A stretch of 64,000 nucleotides of DNA, from positions 64,001 through 128,000 of the forward strand of contig JAZDDX010000017.1 in assembly GCA_043809315.1 (NCBI GenBank), given 5' to 3'. Positions 59,582 through 64,000 of this stretch are shown piece by piece. How positions within the stretch are numbered: position 1 is the stretch's first letter; each line of letters opens with the position of its first letter. The notes under the pieces are model-generated. The model made no database searches. It was not told where the DNA came from and saw nothing but the letters and a program-made list of their open reading frames with translations. Source of the stretch: Pseudomonadota bacterium. GTDB taxonomy: Bacteria; Bdellovibrionota_G; JALEGL01; DATDPG01. The position numbers and the translations under genes were made by a program.

Positions 59582-60827
59582 GGGCAAATGCCTCCCGCTC
59601 CTGCGGGGAAAGATGTTCCGCGAACCGTGGCAACCGGTGGCACGATTCGAGGTTGCTGTTTCCGGGCGACCGGTGAAACAGATTCTGCGTCACGATCGTC
59701 CCCTCCTCGGTGCCGCAGACTTCCGTGATCTGCGTGATGGCGCGAGTCCCGTCCCGCTGGCGGGCGACGAAGACGATCAAGTCAAGGGCTCCGGCGATCT
59801 GATCCCGGATCGCTCGGAGGGGGAGGTCGAGACCGGCCATCAGGACCATCGTCTCGATCCGGAGAAGAGAATCGCGCGGCGAGTTCGCGTGGGCGGTCGT
59901 CATCGAACCGTCGTGCCCGGTGTTCATCGCCTGCAGCATGTCGAGAGCCTCGCCTCCGCGGCACTCCCCCACCACAATCCGGTCCGGGCGCATCCGGAGG
60001 GCGTTCCGGACCAGATCGCGGATCGTGATCTCGCCCCGCCCCTCGACGTTCGGCGGACGAGCCTCGAGCGAGATGACGTGATCTTGCGGCAGGCGGAGTT
60101 CGGCGGCGTCCTCGATGGTCACAATCCGCTCGCCGGACGGAATGAATCCGGCGAGGGCGTTCAAGAGCGTCGTCTTCCCCGATCCCGTTCCACCGGCGAT
60201 CAGGAGGTTCCGCCGGCCCCGAACGCATGCTTCGAGAAACGTCGCGGCTACCTTCGAGATCGATCCGAGGTCGATCAGCGTCGCGATCGAAAGGGGGTCG
60301 CGGGAGAACTTCCGGATCGTGAGGATGGGACCGTTCAGGGAAAGTGGGGGGATGATGACGTTGACGCGCGACCCGTCGGCGAGGCGGGCATCGACCATCG
60401 GGGATGATTCATCGATTCGGCGGGAGAGGGGGGCCACGATTCGCGCGATTACCGCACGAAGCGAGCTCTCGCCGGCGAATGGGGCTCCCGTCCGTTCGAT
60501 TCGTCCGTTCCGTTCGACAAAGACATCACTCGGGCCGTTCACCATGATCTCCGTGACCGACGGATCCCGGAGAAGACGCTCGATCGGTCCCAAACCGATG
60601 ATCTCGTCGACCAGCTCCGCTACGAATGAGGAATCTTCCGCGAGCGACCCGACCGGGGAGAACCGAGCGAGCGTTTCGCGCACCGCCGCGCCGATCTTCG
60701 TGCGGAGGAGTTCCCCCCGGAGTTGCGTTTCATCGGAACGACGCAGATCGGCGATCTCGATCATATGGGCGTGGACGTGGTGGCGAGCTTTCTCCCGGAT
60801 CTCTTGCGCCGTCGTTTCCATGCTCAA
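59568..60827 (-). CDS. cpaF: Tad pilus ATPase CpaF/TadA
   Basis: [59 protein letters not shown]. Confidence 0.96.
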   Translation of the reverse strand: MSMETTAQEIREKARHHVHAHMIEIADLRRSDETQLRGELLRTKIGAAVRETLARFSPVGSLAEDSSFVAELVDEIIGLGPIERLLRDPSVTEIMVNGPSDVFVERNGRIERTGAPFAGESSLRAVIARIVAPLSRRIDESSPMVDARLADGSRVNVIIPPLSLNGPILTIRKFSRDPLSIATLIDLGSISKVAATFLEACVRGRRNLLIAGGTGSGKTTLLNALAGFIPSGERIVTIEDAAELRLPQDHVISLEARPPNVEGRGEITIRDLVRNALRMRPDRIVVGECRGGEALDMLQAMNTGHDGSMTTAHANSPRDSLLRIETMVLMAGLDLPLRAIRDQIAGALDLIVFVARQRDGTRAITQITEVCGTEEGTIVTQNLFHRSPGNSNLESCHRLPRFAEHLSPQEREAFAHAVA

Positions 60828-62209
60828 TCGAGAATCGAGAATTCGATCTCCTCGGCCGCCTTCTGATCCGCGGCGTGGGCCCGTCGGATCGCGTTTTTCG
60901 GTTCGGTGGCCTCCGCTGCTCCGGGATGGGGGGTTAAGAAAACCAGGAACTCGCTCTCGTTGTTTTGGAACTGCCGGCTCTTGAACAGCTCCCCCAGGAT
61001 CGGAATATGGCCGAAGAACGGGATCTTCGAGACGTTCTTACTCGACCGGTTTTCGATCAGGCCGCCCAGAACCACTGTTTCCCCGAGGTTCAGGTCAGCT
61101 GAAGTCTTCACGTTGTGTTCGAGAAAGGCGGGGAACCCTTGCACCGCTTTCGAATAATCGACGTCGCTGATCTTTGATTCGATCTCCATCGAGACGTGCC
61201 GGGAACGATCGACGGTTGCTTTCACCTGGAGCTGGATCCCGTACGGCTTGAAGATGACGTTCGCGGTCCGCTCGGAGACCAGAGGGATCGGAACCTCCCC
61301 CCCGGCCATGAAAGAGGCGGGGGATCCACTGCGGCAGAGGAGTTTCGGGTTGGCGAGGATCCGGGCGAACCCTTTCTCGATCAGACCGAGAAGGGAGGCG
61401 GTCGCCCCTTCCCCGATCGTCACGCTGGAAGATGGGGCTCTCCCCTGGAGGGTGAATGTTCCCGCAGCGTCGATCTGCCCCGGTAACCGAAGTCCCGCCT
61501 TCAGCGCCGAGCTTCGATGCACCTCCATCATCTTGACGTCGACGAAGAGCAGTCGATCCGGTTCGAGTCCGACGGTGAGGTGGTTCGAGATCTTGCTGAA
61601 GATCGATCGGGCGATCCGGAACGCGCGATCCGCGTCTGTTGGTCGCGCCGCCTCCCCTTCGAGAAAAAGCGTGTCCCCCGCGGGATGGACCGCCACGCCG
61701 GTCACACCGGCGGCGGCGAGGGCCGCGGCGATCTCCCTGGCGAAATATTCCAGCGCTCGCGGATGGACGACCGTCAGATTAACCACGCCAGGGTGGAGGG
61801 CGACGACCTTCCCGACCCGTTCCAGATCCTTGCTTCGGTACAGCTGACCGTCGATCACGACCCGTCCGCCGTTGGCCCGAACGACCACTCCCTCGATGCC
61901 AGCCAAGAGACGGCGAACCTCGTCGAGGAGCGACTGTCCCATGCCGGTCACGCGAATGAGGTACGATCTCTTCTGTCCCGACTTCGACCAGAGGATCAGG
62001 TCCGTTGACCCGATCGCGACGCCGGTGACGATTACCTGACCGCTTTCCGGGACGGCTCGGATATCGGCGACGCGCGGATTCCCGATCGCGGCCCTCCGAA
62101 GATCAGGTGCCGCAACGACCTGCTGCCGCCCCGGGGAGAGGTGAATTACGTCACCCGCCGATGCGACGGATGGGGCGAAAAGGCTTAAGATGACGAGCCA
62201 GGGTTTCAA
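60824..62209 (-). CDS. cpaC: Tad secretin CpaC/RcpA
   Basis: Signal peptide from TTG 62209, AIGNPRVAD...G.T.L..W N-domain, BON-like repeats, and secretin motifs ASFMAGGEVP and KIPFFGHIPILGELFKS. Confidence 0.9.
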   Translation of the reverse strand: MKPWLVILSLFAPSVASAGDVIHLSPGRQQVVAAPDLRRAAIGNPRVADIRAVPESGQVIVTGVAIGSTDLILWSKSGQKRSYLIRVTGMGQSLLDEVRRLLAGIEGVVVRANGGRVVIDGQLYRSKDLERVGKVVALHPGVVNLTVVHPRALEYFAREIAAALAAAGVTGVAVHPAGDTLFLEGEAARPTDADRAFRIARSIFSKISNHLTVGLEPDRLLFVDVKMMEVHRSSALKAGLRLPGQIDAAGTFTLQGRAPSSSVTIGEGATASLLGLIEKGFARILANPKLLCRSGSPASFMAGGEVPIPLVSERTANVIFKPYGIQLQVKATVDRSRHVSMEIESKISDVDYSKAVQGFPAFLEHNVKTSADLNLGETVVLGGLIENRSSKNVSKIPFFGHIPILGELFKSRQFQNNESEFLVFLTPHPGAAEATEPKNAIRRAHAADQKAAEEIEFSILD

Positions 62210-62223
62210 CGACGTAACGGAAT

Positions 62224-62240
62224 GGCAATGATGATGCCAA
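62224..62240 (-). promoter_or_regulatory. Sigma-54 -24/-12 promoter upstream of cpaC (quasi-palindromic)
   Basis: Minus strand reads TTGGCATCATCATTGCC (GG-N10-GC). The plus strand also has GG-N10-GC (ATGGCAATGATGATGCC). Confidence 0.6.
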
Positions 62241-62299
62241 AGGGCGGGAGAGCTAACTTCGCGATATTCGGGGGAGACGACCGGCACGAGTCGCCTGGA

Positions 62300-63136
62300 A
62301 TGCGGACCTTCGGGACCGGAATCCGGACTCTGCTCGTCTTCTTCCTGGTCCTCGGGACGGCTCACGCCTCCTCCGACGCCACGAAACGAGCGGTCGCGAT
62401 CCTGGCGGCGAACTTCGATCAGGGGAGTCCCGAGATTCAGAAAAAGCTCTTACGCGAGATCGGCCTTCTCCGGGCCGACGAGTCGATTCCGTTCCTCGCG
62501 TCGGTCGCATTGAGCGAGTCGCTCGAGAACGAGATCCGGCGGGATGCACTCAAATCGATGCTGGCGGTTGACGGGTCGAAGTATCGCCCGGTCCTCGATG
62601 CGCTCAAGTCGACCGAGATCCAGACGCCGGCCGTGGTCTCGGCTCTTTTCGACATCGGTGATCCGCGCTTCGCCGAGCTGTTCGTCCGACGCGCGCTCAC
62701 TCCCGATCTTCCGGAGCGCGATCTCCGGAGCGCGATCGTGAACGCCCTCGATTTCTGGGACGGTCAGGGGAAGAATCATCCCCCGTTCGAACTCTGGCGG
62801 AAGACGAAAGCCTCGGAACAGCTGATCGCCGTCGAGGAAGAGAGCGTCGGGACGAGGCGCCTCCGGGCGGTCCAGGCGATGGGATGGGTTCGGGGCGACG
62901 GCGCCACGAACGCCCTGATCCGCCTCCTCGACTTCTCCGACCCTCAAATCGTCGCCGCTGCGATCGAAGGACTGGGGCATCGGGGGAAGGACGCCTCCCC
63001 CGCACTGGGGCGGTTCCTGATGAAGACCCAATCGGCGGAACTTCGCAGATTGGCGGTTGAATCTCTCTCCAAGATCGGTACTCAGGCGTCGAAACGAGCC
63101 TTAAAAGCGTATCGGTCGAAGAGGACGGCCCCTTAG
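62300..63136 (+). CDS. Secreted HEAT-repeat protein
   Basis: Signal peptide ending TAHA; repeats such as RLRAVQAMG, IVAAAIEGLG, LRRLAVESLSKIG. The start could be 62222 or 62300. Confidence 0.75.
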   Translation: MRTFGTGIRTLLVFFLVLGTAHASSDATKRAVAILAANFDQGSPEIQKKLLREIGLLRADESIPFLASVALSESLENEIRRDALKSMLAVDGSKYRPVLDALKSTEIQTPAVVSALFDIGDPRFAELFVRRALTPDLPERDLRSAIVNALDFWDGQGKNHPPFELWRKTKASEQLIAVEEESVGTRRLRAVQAMGWVRGDGATNALIRLLDFSDPQIVAAAIEGLGHRGKDASPALGRFLMKTQSAELRRLAVESLSKIGTQASKRALKAYRSKRTAP

Positions 63137-63702
63137 TTCGCTTCCCCTTGGGGCACGGAGGCGAGGGCGCTGACGTCGACCCCGAGCTTCTGGATCGAGC
63201 GGGTCCAGAGCGTCTGCGCGGCGGAATCGAAGATCAGCTCCCGGTCGATCGGGGCGGTGAGCCAGCTCGCGGCGGCGATCTCCTGCTCCAGCTGCCCCGC
63301 TCCCCATCCGGCATATCCGAGGAAAAGGCGGAACCGCGGCGGGTTCGGGTTCTTCTGCTCCTCCATCAGCGCACGGAGGACTTCCGACGAGCCGCTCAAG
63401 AAAAGCCCGCTCTCGATTTCGAGCCCTTGCGACGCGAGGGACAGGCTCTCGTGGACGACGAACCCCCGCTCGTTCTGGACCGGTCCCCCCCAATACGCCT
63501 GGATCGTCGACGGCCCTTCGATCGGTTTCCCGTCGTGCACCAGTTGGGTCACCGAAATCCCGAGCGGGCGGTTCAGGATCACCCCCATCGCCCCCTCTTT
63601 CGTGAACTCGGAGAGAAGGCTGGTCGTGCGGAAGAAGTTCGGGTCGGCCAGCTGGGGCATCGCGATCAACAAGCAGCACCGTTTCTCGGGGGAATCCGGC
63701 AA
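63133..63702 (-). CDS. yqgE: YqgE/AlgH family protein
   Basis: LIAMPQLADPNF, GAMGVILNRP, GGPVQ, FLGYAGWGAGQLEQE. Confidence 0.92.
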   Translation of the reverse strand: MPDSPEKRCCLLIAMPQLADPNFFRTTSLLSEFTKEGAMGVILNRPLGISVTQLVHDGKPIEGPSTIQAYWGGPVQNERGFVVHESLSLASQGLEIESGLFLSGSSEVLRALMEEQKNPNPPRFRLFLGYAGWGAGQLEQEIAAASWLTAPIDRELIFDSAAQTLWTRSIQKLGVDVSALASVPQGEAN

Positions 63703-63799
63703 GGCCCGTCCAGCCTATCGCGTTTCCCCGCCGGGACCAACCCCCGGGATCGTGAAAGGATTTGACGCCGACACAGTGGAAACGATAGAGGTGAGTGGC

Positions 63800-64000
63800 T
63801 TGAAAAAACTACCCATCGCATTCACGCTCCTGTCCGCGGCATTGCTCGTCGCGGCATGCAGCTCGTCCAAGAAAACCGAAACGCCGGTCGCTCCCGCCTC
63901 GAACGGGGAGATCCTCGTTGCCGAGGTCGACTCGTTCACAGGGTCGCAGTCCTTTTTTGGCACCTTCTCGCGGTCGGGGATCCAACTGGCGATCTCCCAG
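63800..64000 (+). CDS. Branched-chain amino acid ABC transporter substrate-binding lipoprotein (LivK-like), 3'-truncated by the window edge
   Basis: Not in the ORF track. Translation LKKLPIAFTLLSAALLVAAC...GEILVAEVDSFTGSQSFFG......GIQLAI fits the family N-terminus. Confidence 0.7.
   Translation, partial: MKKLPIAFTLLSAALLVAACSSSKKTETPVAPASNGEILVAEVDSFTGSQSFFGTFSRSGIQLAISQ

Overview
A gene-dense, high-GC (roughly 60-65% by eye) bacterial chromosome segment. The dnaX-recR-mglB-mglA order, DUF4388/J-domain/TPR and zinc-ribbon/TPR proteins, a Gly-Cys C-terminal sorting signal and Tad genes suggest a delta-proteobacterial-type lineage (Bdellovibrionota/Myxococcota-like); this is inference. Most of the window is housekeeping: tRNA-Ser(GCT), SRP RNA, dnaX, recR, mglBA, gpmI, a frameshifted ppiD, mreBCD-mrdA-rodA, trxA, ccsA-like-hemACDB, tsaC, purD, purH, mlaDFE, alr, ssb, ftsY, zapA, ymdB, ilvE, mtnA and gatBAC. 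The accessory parts are: (i) a double-kinase two-component pair beside the tRNA-Ser 3' end, possibly an island edge; (ii) three sigma-54 (-24/-12) promoter motifs in front of a CTERM-anchored surface protein, an uncharacterised four-gene envelope operon next to an NtrC-family activator, and a cpaC-cpaF-tadB-tadC cluster, together a candidate surface/appendage regulon; (iii) a five-lipoprotein LpoB/YcfL/CsgG-like operon between two BrnT/BrnA modules, the second with a decayed toxin; (iv) a membrane TPR-like Ser/Thr kinase with a non-canonical catalytic loop, coupled to alr and an MlaEFD set with a long MlaD. All calls come from motif recognition only; no database searches were run.
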